A stretch of 64,000 bases of DNA from Octopus sinensis (GCF_006345805.1 NC_042997.1:51956001-52020000); one strand, 5' to 3'; positions 1 through 13,629 are shown, counted from the stretch's first letter. A program made the numbers and translations. The notes: generated by a model not told the origin, from the sequence alone.

Positions 1-1264
1 TTGCTCTATATAAAGAGAGTTTGAGTTGAAAAGTGATAATATGGCAGTTAGGAACTGAATATACAACAGAGGAACCAAACACAGCCAACATGGTTCAGTT
101 TTGATATCTCTAAAACTGACTGTTGTGAGGGCATTAGTGGAAATCACTTTCAAAATAGTCAAGAACTTTAAAACAGAAACTTTTGAACTCATTAATAATG
201 TTAGTTTTTATTGTCTTTTGTTTTGGTTGTATAGTTTTATATTTTGAATCTGTTATAAAAATTTCATTGTTCTGCTTAGAATTTGTTTGTTATATGAGTT
301 GTAAATCCTCTTTTTAACAAGAGAGAACTGAATTTATATTTGAAATTAAAAGAAAATTACTGGAGAAAATAAATTGGTGTATTTCAGTAAATTGCTTAAA
401 CTTGAATGAAATTTAAATAGACCAAGAGTCTCTTTTAAAAAAATAAAATCATCCTGATAGCAATTCCATTCTTGTTGCTGGCAAATATGAACATTTTCCT
501 TTTTTTTTCTTTTTTTTTTTCCAGATGAAAGATTTTCCATTCCTCTTTGAACCTGGCTTTGTAAATATGTACATTTTATTCTCAAAACATTATCAGTAAA
601 CAGGGAATCAGAGTAAGTTGGAAAAATACCTGTTATGTTCCCTTATTCCATTGAGTAACCCTTTATAAAATTCATTGAAGACTATCTAAACGAGTTTACA
701 GACTTGTGCGTCTAAGTACAGTAGCATCAACAAGGGTTATTGTTGTGATAGCATCAGTGTGCAATTACTTTACAATATGTGATTTAAAAAAAAAAATGAT
801 ATAACTTTGTGTTATTGTCAAATCTTGAGATTTTATTAATTGTTTTTTGTTTGTTTTTATTTTTAAGATGATTGAGAAGGGAATGTTAAGTGTGTATATG
901 CAAATGTGTGTGCAAGAAAAAGTGATGGAAAGAATATATGGTTCTATTGATTGAATAAACAACTCAAAACACCTCAAATATCAACTGGCTTTGTTGTTCT
1001 CTATATTGTATGGTTTCATTATATTGTGTAATTTATGTATAGATATTATTACCACTGCAGTATCACAACAATGAATTTATTTCTGCAGTTAAATGTATGT
1101 GGTATACCTGAACTTTTTAAGAGCTTGTTAATATTGTTGATTGTGGGATAAACAGACTTTACAATTTGTGTAGTGTGAGAAAATGGAGAATGACCAAATG
1201 ATTTCTTAAAAACGCAGAAAATGAGTAATTGCACCTAATGACTCTCTCTCAGAAAGGTTGTCAA

Positions 1265-1750
1265 TCCAGAACAGCATGCCCAAGGAAGCTTTTCAGGGAC
1301 TGTTATTGTTTAGAGTAACTCTAACAGATGTTATCCTCCATTTTTAGTACAGCCACTCTGTCTAGTTATGCTGATGATATCAATATATCGGAAATAATCA
1401 CAAGCTTGGATGAGATTGGAGCGAATTTAATTCAGGCAAGATTCAAGTACTTCACTACCAACACCACCACCTCCCCACTCATCACAGCCTGGACATAGGA
1501 GGGACTACAATCCAATGGTCAAAAATAGATCTCTGTACTCTAGGTGCACTACTGAAAGCATTTGAAACTTGTAACATTCTGGAATGAAGAAGGGAGAGAA
1601 ATGCAGTCATCTACATCCGGAATATTCTGGAGAAATTAGCACCTACTTTGGTATTGAAAGCGCTACCAACCCTGAATTGGTGGTTGTTGCATAATGCCCC
1701 AAATTCCCTTCTTTCCTGAAAACAACTCTTGGATATTCTATTGTGTACAA
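1265..1750 (+). mobile_element. Highly decayed CR1/L2-like LINE reverse transcriptase remnant
   Basis: Frameshifted PQGS-like motif near 1278, SSYADDI at 1361-1381, and a C-terminal 'ILEKLAP.FGIES'-like segment near 1620-1665. Confidence 0.5.
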
Positions 1751-1900
1751 TCTTAGATGAATGTGCACTGCAGTTCAAGAAACAGACGAGTATTAACATT
1801 AAACTCTCTCATTACCATGTGCGAAGTTACAATAAGCTTCATAACTATGTTTCAGTTTGAATGCAGCCAGGTAACTAAAACCACAAAAAGAGTATTCCAA

Positions 1901-1930
1901 TCAAATCAAATCAAATCAAACCAAATCAAA
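1901..1930 (+). repeat. (TCAAA)n pentanucleotide microsatellite
   Basis: About 6 units read directly. Confidence 0.9.
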
Positions 1931-2400
1931 ATAGATGAACATCAATGGAATTTGTATCCTTGTGGTACCAGTGCCGGTGGCACATAAGAAAACCATCCGA
2001 ACGTGACCGTAGCCAGTACCGCATCGACTGGCCTCCGTGCTGAGGGCACGTAACAAACACCATCCGAGCGTGGCCATTCGCACCTGTGTCGGTGGCACAT
2101 AAAAACACCATCCGAGTGTGGCCATCTGCCAGCCTCGTCTGGCACCTGTGTCGGTGGCACATGAAAACACCATCCGAGCGTGGCCGTCTGCCAGCCTCGT
2201 CTGGCACCTGTGTCGGTGGCACATAAAATCACCCACTACACTCTCGGAGTGGTTGGCGTTAAGAAGGGCATCCAGCTGTAGAAACACTGCCAGATCTGAC
2301 TGGCCTGGTGCAGCCTTCGAGCTTGCCAGACCCCAGTTGAACCGTCCAACCCATGCTAGCATGGAAAGCGGACATTAAACGATGATGATGATGATGATGA
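1931..2400 (+). mobile_element. RTE-LINE 3' UTR or RTE-tailed SINE-like element with internal 62-bp tandem repeats and (GAT)n tail
   Basis: The 3' part (ACACTCTCGGAGTGGTTGGCGTT..AAGGGCATCCAG..CCATGCTAGCATGGAAA) matches the 3' ends of the RTE copies at 3835 and 8231. GGTGGCAC units start at 2091, 2153 and 2215. Confidence 0.75.
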
Positions 2401-2730
2401 ATAATTGTATATGAGCTGAAGGCAACATGGAGTCATCTTTGACATATGGTGGGTCTATCCATATCCACAAAGACACTTTTAGCACTATATAAAAGTTGTT
2501 TACCATTGCCTTCTTCTGGAATTTCAGTTTTTTTCCCTACAGGCGTAATTGAACTGGGTACCTTTTTATAGTTTGATAAACTGGGCAGTGTCTTAGCCAC
2601 TGATATAGCACAGTGCCATCAATAGGACACAAACCTCCAACAACTGGACATTTTTTACAGAAACCATTAAGCTATCCATGCTCTCAGTCTAACAGACTTT
2701 CATTTTCTGTCTGCTATATTTCAATCACAA

Positions 2731-2961
2731 GGCGGCTAGCTGGCAGACACGTTAGTGCACCGGGCGAAATGCTTAGCAGCATTTCGTCTGCTGTGACGTT
2801 CTGAGTTCAAATTCTGCCGAGGTCGACTTTGCCTTTCCTCCTTTCAGGGTTGATAAATTAAGTACCAGTTATGCACTGGGATCGATGTAATTGACTTAAT
2901 CCCTTTATCTGTCTTTGTTTGTCCCCTCTATGTTTAGCCCCTTGTGGGCAATAAAGAAATA
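2731..2961 (+). mobile_element. tRNA-derived SINE, family A (core GACTTTGCCTTTCATCCTTTCGGGGTCGATAAA..AGTACCAG)
   Basis: B-box-like GAGTTCAAATTC. Flanked by the TSD TATATTTCAATCACAA(GGC). Inserted into an older family-B SINE. At least 6 more copies in the window. Confidence 0.85.
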
Positions 2962-3834
2962 TATATTTCAATCACAAGGCTTTGGTCAACTCAAGGTTGA
3001 AGCAGAAAATGTTTTTCAAGGTGCTGTATAGTTGGACTGAGCCTAGAACCATGTTGTTATGCAGTGAACTCTAACTTGCATGCATTACTGTATACACTAC
3101 TAATATAAAGTGATTCTAGATTATAAACTGCTACTTCCAACTAGGTATAAATGCAAATCTAACGTAGATTTTCTTCTATATAAATCATCTACAAGTTAAG
3201 CTCTTTAAAAATATTACTGAAATTTGCTAAACCATTTAACTTCTTTTTTTTTTTTTGATAAGGCAATGCAATATTTAAGACAGTTGATTTAAGACTGTCT
3301 TGATCACATACCATGACAAATAAAATATGAAAATTAGGCTGAGATTGTATGAGGAAGTTAATTAAAAGAAAATTACTTTATGCTTTTATTGTTGTAAAAG
3401 AATCTTTAGCTATGTCAATTACATACAACTTTAAAATGCTAAATTGCAAGTTATTCTTTTTGTGTGTGTATTTTCTCTTGTTATTTATTATATTTCTTCA
3501 TTTAAGTCTAGGAATTTTTGTCTGCCAAGTAATGCATATCAAAAAATTACTTGTGATAATTAGCATTTGTAGTTATACTTTAATGAGTATTAGAACATTA
3601 AATTATTTTCAACTTCCACATAAACTAATGGTTTTTAGTCTGTCCTTAATTCTAGCAATTAATAAATATTTTCAATTCACCTTGCTCTTATTTCTTTATA
3701 GGCACAGTTAGGATTATAATCGTGTTTGCTCAATTGTGTGATTCTAAGTTTTATCTTGGAATCTCATTAATTAACTATTTCATTATCAGATTTCAAAAAG
3801 AATTTGAGATCTTTCAAGGCCTGAAATGTATTCA

Positions 3835-4590
3835 CATCATCATTATCATCATTAAGGGTCTAATGTTCATGTTGGCATAGTTTGACCAAGGCTGGCAAGC
3901 TGGAAGGCTGCACCAGACTCCATTCTGACTTGGCATGGTTTCTATGGCCGGATGCCCTTTCTAACACCAACCACTCTGAGAGTGTGATGGGTGCCATTTG
4001 CATGACACTGGTATTTGCCATGACTGCAATTTTACTTGGCTTGATGGGTCTTCTCAAGCGCAACATAATGCCAAAGGTCTTGGTTATTGCCTCCATGAGA
4101 TCCAACACTTGAAAGGTGCTTTTTACATGCTATCAGCATGGATACCACTACGTATCAGCTACGACTAGGATTTCATTTAGCTGGACAGGTCTTCTGAAGC
4201 ACAGCATATTGCCAAAGGTCTCAGTCACTAGTCATTGCCTATGTGAGGCCCAAAGTTTGAAGATCATGCTTCACCACTTTATCCCATGTCTTTCTGGGTC
4301 TACCTCTACCACAGGTTCTCTCCACAGTTAGAGACTGGCACTTCTGTACACAGCTGTTCTCATCCATCCACATCACATGACCGTACTAGCACAATCTTCT
4401 CTCTTGCACAATACAACTGATGCCTCTTATGCCCAACTTTTCTCTCAAGATACTTACACTCTGTCGAACATGCACATTGACATTGCACATCCAGCGAAGC
4501 ATACTGGCTTCATTTCTTTCAAGCCTACACATGTCCTTAGCTGTCACAGCCCATGTTTCACTGCCATGTAGCATAGCTGTTCACACACTT
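3835..4590 (-). mobile_element. 5'-truncated RTE LINE (RT C-terminus, 3' UTR, (GAT)n tail)
   Basis: ORF 4386-4574 reads MLHGSETWA...ERNEASMLRWMC...LREKLGIRG...QERRL, typical of the RTE C-terminus. (CAT)n at the left end. Confidence 0.85.
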
Positions 4591-4728
4591 CTGTTTAATA
4601 TAGAAGAGTATTTTCAAGATTTGAATATTATAAGGATTTTTCACTTTTATTGCTTTATAAGAATTGCCAGCTGTACTTCTGTCATTATGACCAATAAAAT
4701 TTATTATTTGTACAGTCATTTTAGTTGC

Positions 4729-4769
<41 letters not shown>

Positions 4770-5938
4770 GAATAGTTAAACCTCAGTGCCATGAAAACTA
4801 GCAGTATTATGTAATTAACAAATTTCAGTTTATAGAGTGGCATTTAAGAACTTCAATAGTCCTGAGTCAGAATTTAAGCATCTATACTGCAGCCTTTTTC
4901 TACAAATTGTGCCACTGCCATGCTTAAAAAATAATATTAAAAATAGTGACTAGATATGACATCATTTCCTTGAAATTGTGTTTGAACAAGGTCTTTATTC
5001 TAAGGAATACACTTGGAACCTATATTTCATTTACTATATATTTATAGCAAGAAGTGAAAGTTGAGTCACATTGTTTCCCTATGACACTTAATGCTGTTAA
5101 TTTGACTATTCTATCACTACTTATGTAACCATTCCTTCCAACACATATCTTCATTCAATTGAGAGGCATTATTCTCAAGCATTTCATTCTTTCAAAAGCA
5201 ATTAAAAATTTTCCTATTTTGAAAACTACTGTCCAATTATCACAATATTCAGTACAGAACATGATTATTAGATAGAAATTTCTCAAATTTGAATCTCCTA
5301 CAGGCCTATATTATCTATGGCAATCTTATGTTAAACAACATATTGAATGTAACTCTATCCTTTATTAAGAAAACTGTTCATTATAAAGCAAGTTGAGAAA
5401 CCCTTAATTTATTCAAGGGAGACATATTTGCTAACTTTACCAGAGAGAGATATTTGCCATTATGTTGATAGACAAAGTAATGTGACATGAATCAGTGAAA
5501 AATTATTTTTTAATCAAATTTTAAATGTTAGATCTTTTCACTCTTATCTGAAAAACTGTTGAGAGATTGAAAGATTCTTTGGACTATATTTATTTAAACC
5601 ATTCTTAATTGGATACTCATGGGTCACCAAAGCAACTAAAATACAGCCATCTGCAACTTTGCCAATTTGGGATTAGGCATTGATTTGAATTATATCAATA
5701 GTTGCTGTTGCACACTGGTATAAATATTGGAACTGATATACTAAAGACTGATAACACAAAACTAGTCTGCTTTGTTGTATCTGATGTTGGAGACACTAAC
5801 ATGCTAAATCTTTATAACAGTTTTAAGTAGAAAGTAGACGTACATCCTTTTTTATATTGAATCTCATGAACTGCTAATTCCTATTTTCCCACTTGTGAAT
5901 TTTGGAAAAATATTTGAATTACTGTTAGGATATGTTAA

Positions 5939-6143
5939 GGCAGTGAGCTGACAGAATTGTTAGCAGACTGGAAAAAATGCTTGGCAGCATTTTGTTCATC
6001 TTTACATTTCGAGTTCATATACCACTGACGTCGACTTTACCTTCCATCCTTTCAGAATTGATAAAATAAGTACCAGTTGGACACTAGGGTTGATGTATCC
6101 CCCATCCCTAAAATTGCTGGCCTTTTGCCAAAATTTGAAACCA
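5939..6143 (+). mobile_element. SINE family A copy
   Basis: Aligns by eye to 2731-2961. TSD-like TTAGGRTATGTT on both sides. Confidence 0.75.
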
Positions 6144-8230
6144 TTTTATTAGGGTATGTTCCATTTGATATTACCAGATGGCAATTGCTTACCTAGGGAA
6201 ACTATAAGGTAAGTGTTAAAAAATTTGTTTGCACTTTTATTTAATTCATGCATGAAGTGGCAGTGTTTTTTCTTAAAATTCCATGAAAGAGATGTGTGCC
6301 ACTAAAGTAGGATTTCATAGATATCATTACTTTTAACACCACCATTGCCTTGTTAAAACAGACATGACATCCCTGTGGTATAAAAGCTGTAAGTGCCATT
6401 TTGCAATGAGCAATAGTGAAGACTTTGGGTGGAGGAATATATATATATATTAGATCCTGAGAGACAAACATGGCTATTTATTGCCTGTTGGCAAATACTT
6501 GCACAAACCACTCTCTTTTCAACTACTGAAAACTGTTCTCCAGTTACCAAATTATTCTTCCTATCAAGTTTACAACTTTAGAGCAGCTACAATCAATGCA
6601 AATACAATGAAAGGTAGGTCCAGTGAGATTGTTGAAATGCTAGATCAGAAGTGTAATAGAGGTGTACTGCTTGTGAAAGATAAGATGAACAGAAGCTGAG
6701 CCTGACTTCTCACAGGCAAGAAATAAAGGCATAAATTTTTGTGGGTAGGCAATAGTGGTGGTGTCTCTCTGAGAGTGTAATGCATATTTTTACAGAGAAA
6801 TGGCAAGAGGAGATGATTGCAGGAGTCAGAGTGTGCCATAGGACAATTAATCTTAGTCTAATACAACAACAGCATTTATCTCTGTTGTTGATAAATGCTA
6901 TTATCAACAGTATTTATCAACAATGCTGTTGATAAATGTTGATAAACAATGCTCTTCAGTTGAGACTAGTAGATGAATAGGACTGATTTTACAAGGCCCT
7001 ATTACAGATTGTCTCAACAGGGATCTCATCATCATGGCTAGTAACTTCAACAGACATATTAGGCAGCACCCTGATGGATTTTGTGATGTACATGGAAGCC
7101 ACAGTTTCAGTTTTAGAAATAAGGAAGGAACAAGGATGGTGGAGTTCTGTGATGTAAATGATGATCTGTAAATCTAATTTCAGGAAATCAGCTAGCCACC
7201 TGATTAAATATTAACCTGGTGGACTCAAACCAGATTTACTACATCCTCTCCAGAAAATGGGGATACACAGATGGTTGTAAATGCAAAGTCCTTTCCTGGT
7301 AAAGACTATACAATCTTGTATAAGTAAGTGGCTTGTAACTTCAAACTTGGAACTAGGCAGATTAAAAGTCCTTCAGGAAAAGGAAGATTTATAAACTTAT
7401 AGATCTGTTGAACAATCAGAAATTTATAGAAGTACTAGTTCAAGCATTCCACAAAAAAGAGGAAGAAATATAGATGTAAAGCATAGAGGGACATACAATA
7501 TATAGGACCCAAAGCATACGAACTTAGGGTTCGAATGGGACAATTAAACGAGGACTGAAGATCAAATATGTGGCTGGTGCAAGCTTCTAACCAGACCAAG
7601 GGTGATGTGGTGGACTGCACAGTGTAGTAGACAGAGCCGTAAAGGCTTAGGGACGGAACTGGAAGAACAGGGACAGCAGAGAATTATACCAGGTAGCAAG
7701 AAGTGAAGCTAGGTGACAGGTTTATTTAGCTAGGTGAGAAACAGAAAGTAAGGGGTTTGCCAGTAAGAGAACCAGGTGCATGAGGTGTTCCAGAATGCAA
7801 GGCAGTATATCAGAGGAAATTGAGAAGTTGTAGAAGATAAGTGTGTAGAGATGGACAATGGCATGCTTGCAGTAGTTATTTTGAAAACAAAGAGGTCTGG
7901 AAGTGCTACTATGAAAGGGGAATGCATGAGCAAAAGATAGTCTTCCCAACGTGGACCTGACAGAGGGACCAGTTATTCTAGTTGACTGTGTAAAAGATAA
8001 AGCAATATAGGATGTGAAGACAGGCAAAAATCCTGAACGATCTTAAAATAGCTGGCAACATGGGATAGAGCCTAGTTACCTATATAGTCAATCAGGAAGG
8101 TGACACATTGTAACTGCATAGCAGTAGGATAGACAACTGTAAAAGAAATGTCTTAGAGAAACCTACAGCAGTAATCAAATTGTGGGATTAGGTCATGAAA
8201 ATTACAAAAAGTGTTATAGCTCAATCAATT

Positions 8231-8762
8231 CATCATCATCATCATTTGACGTTCATTTTCAATGCTGACATGGGTTGGACGGTTTGACATGAAATTGTAA
8301 GCCAGAGAGTTGCACCAGTCCCCGGTCGTCTGTTTTGGCAGGGGTTCTACAGCTGGATACCCTTCCTAATGCCAACTGCTTTACAGAGTGTACTGGATGC
8401 TCTATTACGTGGTGCCGGCACATGTACTTTTCTACATGGTGCCAGCACACATACTTTTTATTACGTGGCACTGGTAGAGGTGCTTTTTACGTATCGCGGG
8501 TACGGATGCTCTCACGTGACGGCCTGATTCTATTTAGCTTGATGTGTCTCCTCAAGTACAGAAAATCGCCAGGAGTCTCGGTCTCTTTTCATCTCCTCAG
8601 TGAGGTTCAATATCTGAAGATCCTTTCTCACCACTTCGCTTCCCGTCTTCCTGTGTCTACCCCTTCTGCAGGTTCTCTTCACAATTTGAGATCGGTACTT
8701 CTTTAGGTAGTTGTCCTCATCCATACGCAGTACATGACCATACCAGCATGGTCCCCTCTCTT
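8231..8762 (-). mobile_element. Nested 5'-truncated RTE 3' fragment in opposite orientation
   Basis: (CAT)n tail at 8231, the same 3' UTR as 3835-4590, and ORF fragment TCRRGRHRKT..EVVRKDL. Confidence 0.8.
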
Positions 8763-9436
8763 AAGAAAGGAATTAGCTTCCGTGGGATACAGTTTTGTTT
8801 TGTTCCAGGAAGTATTATTGATGCTTCCTCCCCGTAAGGTAACTTCAAGAGAAATATTTAGTGAAAAGCAATCCGTTGGACTTAGCATTTACCAACCTAG
8901 AAAACGCCTGCAATGAAGTCCCTCACTCTGTGATCTGGGGGTTGCTGTGACAGTCATGAGTATACAAATGGTTTGAGTGAATCAAACAAGCCATGTACGC
9001 GGTTGCTGTTAGTAATGTGAGACTTGAAAACGAGTATAGCGATGAATTTACCGTGCAGGTTCACTAGGTCTTAGTTCCATCTTATTCATTATAGTTCCCC
9101 AGGTCATAACAGAGAAGTTAAAAGCCGGATGCCCTTGGGAGCTTATTTATATCCAGGAAGATCTTTAGAGTTTGCAGATAGTTTTTGTTACCTAGGTGAC
9201 CTAATTAGCAGTGGAGGAGAATGACCTGAAAGAATAGTGGTGAGAGTAGGAACAGGCTGGGGAAAGTTTAGATAGCTATCACCTTTGTTGGTAACAAAAG
9301 GTTTCTCCGTCAAGAGAAAGTTGATTGCTACATGATCATCAGATGTGGGCCCTAAATGCAGAAGATATGCAAATACTAGAAAGAAATGACACCTTTATGT
9401 TCTAATGGATGTACCTGAGCCACGAAGTACAAATAT

Positions 9437-9948
9437 GTTGAGAGGAAAGCTGGTCATAAGAGGAACCTGTGGAGAGAAAAACTGTTTATAAGAAAAACAC
9501 GCTGAGAGAAAAACTGGTCATAAGAAGAACCTGTTGAGAGAAAAACTGTTCATAAGAGGAACCCGTTGAGGGAAAAACTGGTCGCAAGAGGAACCCGTTG
9601 AGAGAAAAACTGGTCATAAGAGGAACCTGTTGAGAGAAAAACTGTTCATAAGAGGAACCTGTTGAGAGAAAAACTGGTCTCAAGAGGAACCCGTTGAGGG
9701 AAAACTGGTAATAAGAGGAACCTGTTGATAGAAAAACTGTTCATAAGAGGAACATGTCGAGAGAAAAACTGGTCGTAAGAGGAACCTGTTGAGGAAAAAA
9801 CTGGTCGTAAGAGGAACCCGTTGAGAGAAAAACTGGTCATAAGAGGAACCTGTTGAGGGAAAAACTGGTCGCAAGAGGAACCTGTTGATAGAAAAACTGT
9901 TCATAAGAGGAACATGTCGAGAGAAAAACTGGTCAAAAGAGGAACCAG
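9437..9948 (+). repeat. 32-bp minisatellite, about 16 copies (TTGAGAGAAAAACTGGTCATAAGAGGAACCTG)
   Basis: Period of 32 read directly (e.g. 9601 to 9633). No unique spacers. Confidence 0.95.
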
Positions 9949-11139
9949 ATGTAATAGCAAGGGAGACTGCGGGATTTCGGACATGTGATGTGTATTGATA
10001 AAGGATCTTAGCGCTGATTGCTTAATATGGACGGAACTTGTGGAAAAGGAAAGCCCACAGAGGAAGGTCCGTGTATACATACACACACACATTATATATA
10101 TATATAAATATATACATATATTTATTTATTTATTCATTTATTTATTTATTTATTTATTTATATTCATCTCCAAGGGTCGCGCTGAGACGTGTTTTCCCCA
10201 ACCGCGTCACGAATTTCTCCTACATTTGTTTAGACCCTCCTTTAATTTCATACTATATGTCTTTGCCAATAACATGAAGTTAGATGAACAGTCTAAAATA
10301 CTTTTGATCTGCTTCGGCTTTCCTTTCTATTTTAGCCTGTTATTCTATTTTTAGGTCTATTCAGATCATGACTTCCTCTTCGAGAAACATTGCTATCACA
10401 GCAATGCGAAAGGACTTTCTAGAGAGATCTGCTATAAATAACACCTCATTTTTTCCATTGTTCAATGAGTTCAATTATCCTGTCTCTTCTATTTACTTAT
10501 ACTATTTTTCTTTCGTTAATTTGTTGGTTTTTTAAAATTTTCTTACTTTGTTGGTAATATAAAGACAGTGCTTAATTTCCATAAAATCTACAAATTCACA
10601 AAGGTTCGTAAAAGACGAACTAAGCAAAACTGCAACGTAGGTGTGAACTATCAATAGAATGGGAAACGTAACGATGGACTACCCATGGCTGTCGTCTGAG
10701 GAGTAAACGTATGCTATTTATAAACAGTGCTCTGTGAACCATCAGGCTGTAATCGTTCTTATCTTCACAACCGACTACCTAGCCGCATAACTTCACACAC
10801 GCGTGCGTGCGCGTATATGTGTGTGTCTGTGCACAAACACATACACATACACTGAGAATTTGTTTTGGGGTTTGAAAATGCACATGAATCTCAAAACGTG
10901 TAGTCATTTTAAAATTTTGTGATAGATTTATTCAAATACCAAACCGTTTTCAATAGCATTTTGCTTATCATTGGTAAAAATAAATAGAGTTTAAAGTTAC
11001 AAGGTAACATTCGGAAAAACGTGTTTAAACGATCAAATATTCAAATGTTCGCAGAAATTTCAGTGGGTTTTACAGAGATAGACAGTAATGTAAGTTTAAA
11101 ATGTTCGATGAAGAATGATAACAAATATACATGATTGAA

Positions 11140-13395
11140 AGTTCAGTCATAACAGTATATACCGAGTTTCATAAGAGATGACCTGGATTTTTTAAACCAT
11201 ACCCCCAAGAAAAAACAGTATGGACTCTCTTTTGGTTTCATTTGATGTAATAAACCTCTACACCTCGATTTCTCACGAATACGAAGTAGAAGCTTTACAG
11301 TTCTGACTCTGACCGAATTGGAAAAGGATTTATCATTGAGGGTGTAGCGGACTCTCTCTCTCCCTCTCTCTCTCTGTTATATATACATGAATACAGACGT
11401 AGTAGATAACAGCTAGCCTTCGACCGCCCCTTTTGCACCCGCACTATCGGAGCTACTGCACAACGCACACAGCTAAAGATGGTTGCTGAGAGCAGCACAC
11501 TTCACCTATCCTGTGAAACTCCACGAAGAACAAAAGGATGAGAGAAGACGATATTCTTCCGATATCGTAAACCTTGCCTTCCATTATGAGGGACTAAAAT
11601 TCGTCCTACAAAGTAACTGCTTTAATTCCAAAACAAATACCTACAGACAAAATCTGGGACTGCGATGAGAACGAGGCAAGCCCACACATTTGCTAACCTT
11701 GTTGTAGCATACTTAGAAGTTCAAATATATAACACGCCAGATTGAAATCTAGCGACAACTTCCAAAAATACTTTCTTGCCAACTACAAACGTTACCTGGA
11801 CGATTGTTTTATTCTGTGGTCACATAACCTTCATCAACTCTTGGAATTTAAAAAATTACTTAGAAGTTCAAATATACTAACACGCCAGACTGAAATTAAT
11901 CGCAATATCAAATTTACAATGGAATACAGTCACAAACGGTTACCCCTTCTGGACATTTTAATCATAAAAAGAGATACAAACATTGAAATCGACATCTACT
12001 TTAAACCAACAGGCTCAAAAAAAAATATCTACTATTCTCTTCCTACCATCCAAAAGCATACAAAAAAATCAATATACCTTTTAACTTAGCAAGAATTTAC
12101 ACGATTGTATCCAATCCCGAAACCCAGGATAAACGACTCCAAGAACTTAAAAATATATTACTAGAAACTAAATACCCGGCTAGTTGAATTAAAAACGGAT
12201 TATAACGTGCAAAACAACAGACATCCAAGAATTAGGAAAAACAGACCACCCCCGACACACTTAAAACTTTGTCTTACGTACCAACTTAGAATCCAAGAAA
12301 AATGGAAGCATACAACATCATCCATCAAATATTCCCTTCCGATTGAATGACCTGCGAATGAAAAAAAAAAAGACACTCGAAGCACATAATATTATTAAAA
12401 GTAAAAGACAACCCAAACCTCTAAAAAGGTTACTTATCAGTGCCAAATTACTCACCAAAAATATATCCCCACTAGTCAAAAACAGCAACCTCCCTAACAG
12501 CGGGACCTGTATCAACCTTACGGAAGGTTCAACATATGAATTCAAATCAGGTCAAATATTCACCATAAAAAATAATTTCACCTGTGCATCGTAGAATTTA
12601 ATTTATGTTCTCAAATTTGGTGGGGACTACATAGGTTAAACGAGCTTGACCTTGAAGGACAGACTGATGGTACACAGGCAACAGATTCGAGATCCCTCGA
12701 TCAGGAATATTTCTGTAAGTTAACACTTAGATCAAATCCCTGCCAAGAAAAATCCGAAATACCAGAGTTTCCCTCTCTTATCAATGCACCAGAAACACTT
12801 CAACCCAATTCCGATTAAATAAGGAAAATATGTTTATTAAAACATATAAACAACAATTAAATATCTTATAGTAACACACTAGAAAGAGAAATTTCAATTT
12901 CTTCACGAAAAACGACCAGAGACAACAGATATAAATCGAAAAGTTTAAGTTATAGGCTTCCTCGGGGATTCGAAACCCCACTCCAAACTACCGTACAATA
13001 AAACCGTACACCTACTCAAACATATACCTACTCAAATACCAGTTGCTGACGTCACCCCAGACTAAACCAGTGAGGTTTTTCTCTTAGAAAAAAAGACTCT
13101 CCATGTTTGTTTTCGTTCGGTCTCTTTGTGCGTCTTCTCTGTCATTCTTTTGTTCCCAACTTTGACCATCCATAAATCCTAAATTTTATTTCAGAATTCA
13201 TGAAGACTCATATTATCGTTGAATGCTTGAAATGAAGAGTAGATAGACAGCCGACAACTGATGAAGAGTCCTTTCTCTGTGTTTACTTGTCATTTCCATT
13301 TTTATTCTCGTTGTTTACGTACTTCACTCGTTTTGACCTCGTTTGTTTACGCATTTCATGTTACTTGCACCGTTAGTGACGTTCTGTACCCATAT
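11140..13395 (+). mobile_element. Decayed Penelope-like retroelement (RT + GIY-YIG endonuclease + 3' region)
   Basis: SFIRDDLDFL, LVSFDVINLYTSI, GTAM..R.A.TFANL, RYLDDCF, NIKFTME..LPLLDILI, IYFKPT, then FTCAS.NLIYV..YIG. Many stops and frameshifts. Confidence 0.85.
11343..11586. mobile_element. 244-bp insertion (solo-LTR-like) inside the Penelope RT
   Basis: Flanked by direct repeat TGAGGG (11337-11342 and 11587-11592) and begins TGTAG. Removing it restores FIIEG-LKFVLQSN. Confidence 0.55.
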
Positions 13396-13396
13396 A

Positions 13397-13436
<40 letters not shown>

Positions 13437-13440
13437 TATA

Positions 13441-13629
13441 GGTTTCAAATTTTGGCTCAAGGCCAGCAATTTCGGGTAAGTGGTAAGTCGATTACATCGA
13501 CCTCAGTGCTCAACCGGTACTTATTTCATCGATCTCGAAAGGATGAAAGACAATGTCGACCATGGCTGAATTCGGACTCAGAACGTAAAATGGAGATTGG
13601 CCCGGAGCGCTAACGACTCTAGTAGTTCG

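Larger units (their letters stand above)
6950..10070 (+). mobile_element. Decayed near-full RTE LINE ORF (APE endonuclease + RT), interrupted by a nested RTE and a minisatellite
   Basis: Degenerate GDFNGHIG-like (~7035), EFCD..N (~7142), QIDYIL-like (~7231), PWELIY (~9133), FCYLGDLISSGG (~9183), LERND, LREKL.IRG and RL..FGHVM (~9965) motifs occur in RTE order. Confidence 0.8.

Noticed and set aside
6152-6214. Possible small host exon ending in AAG|GTAAGT
   Set aside because: The acceptor lies within a SINE target-site duplication, there is no good polypyrimidine tract, and no recognisable protein or partner exons were found.
9437-9948. 32-bp repeat array as a CRISPR array
   Set aside because: Units are contiguous with no unique spacers, derive from RTE coding sequence, and no cas genes are present in this eukaryotic DNA.
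13195-13275. CTGATGA at the Penelope 3' end as a hammerhead
   Set aside because: The location is suggestive, but I could not find convincing stems or a correctly placed GAAA.
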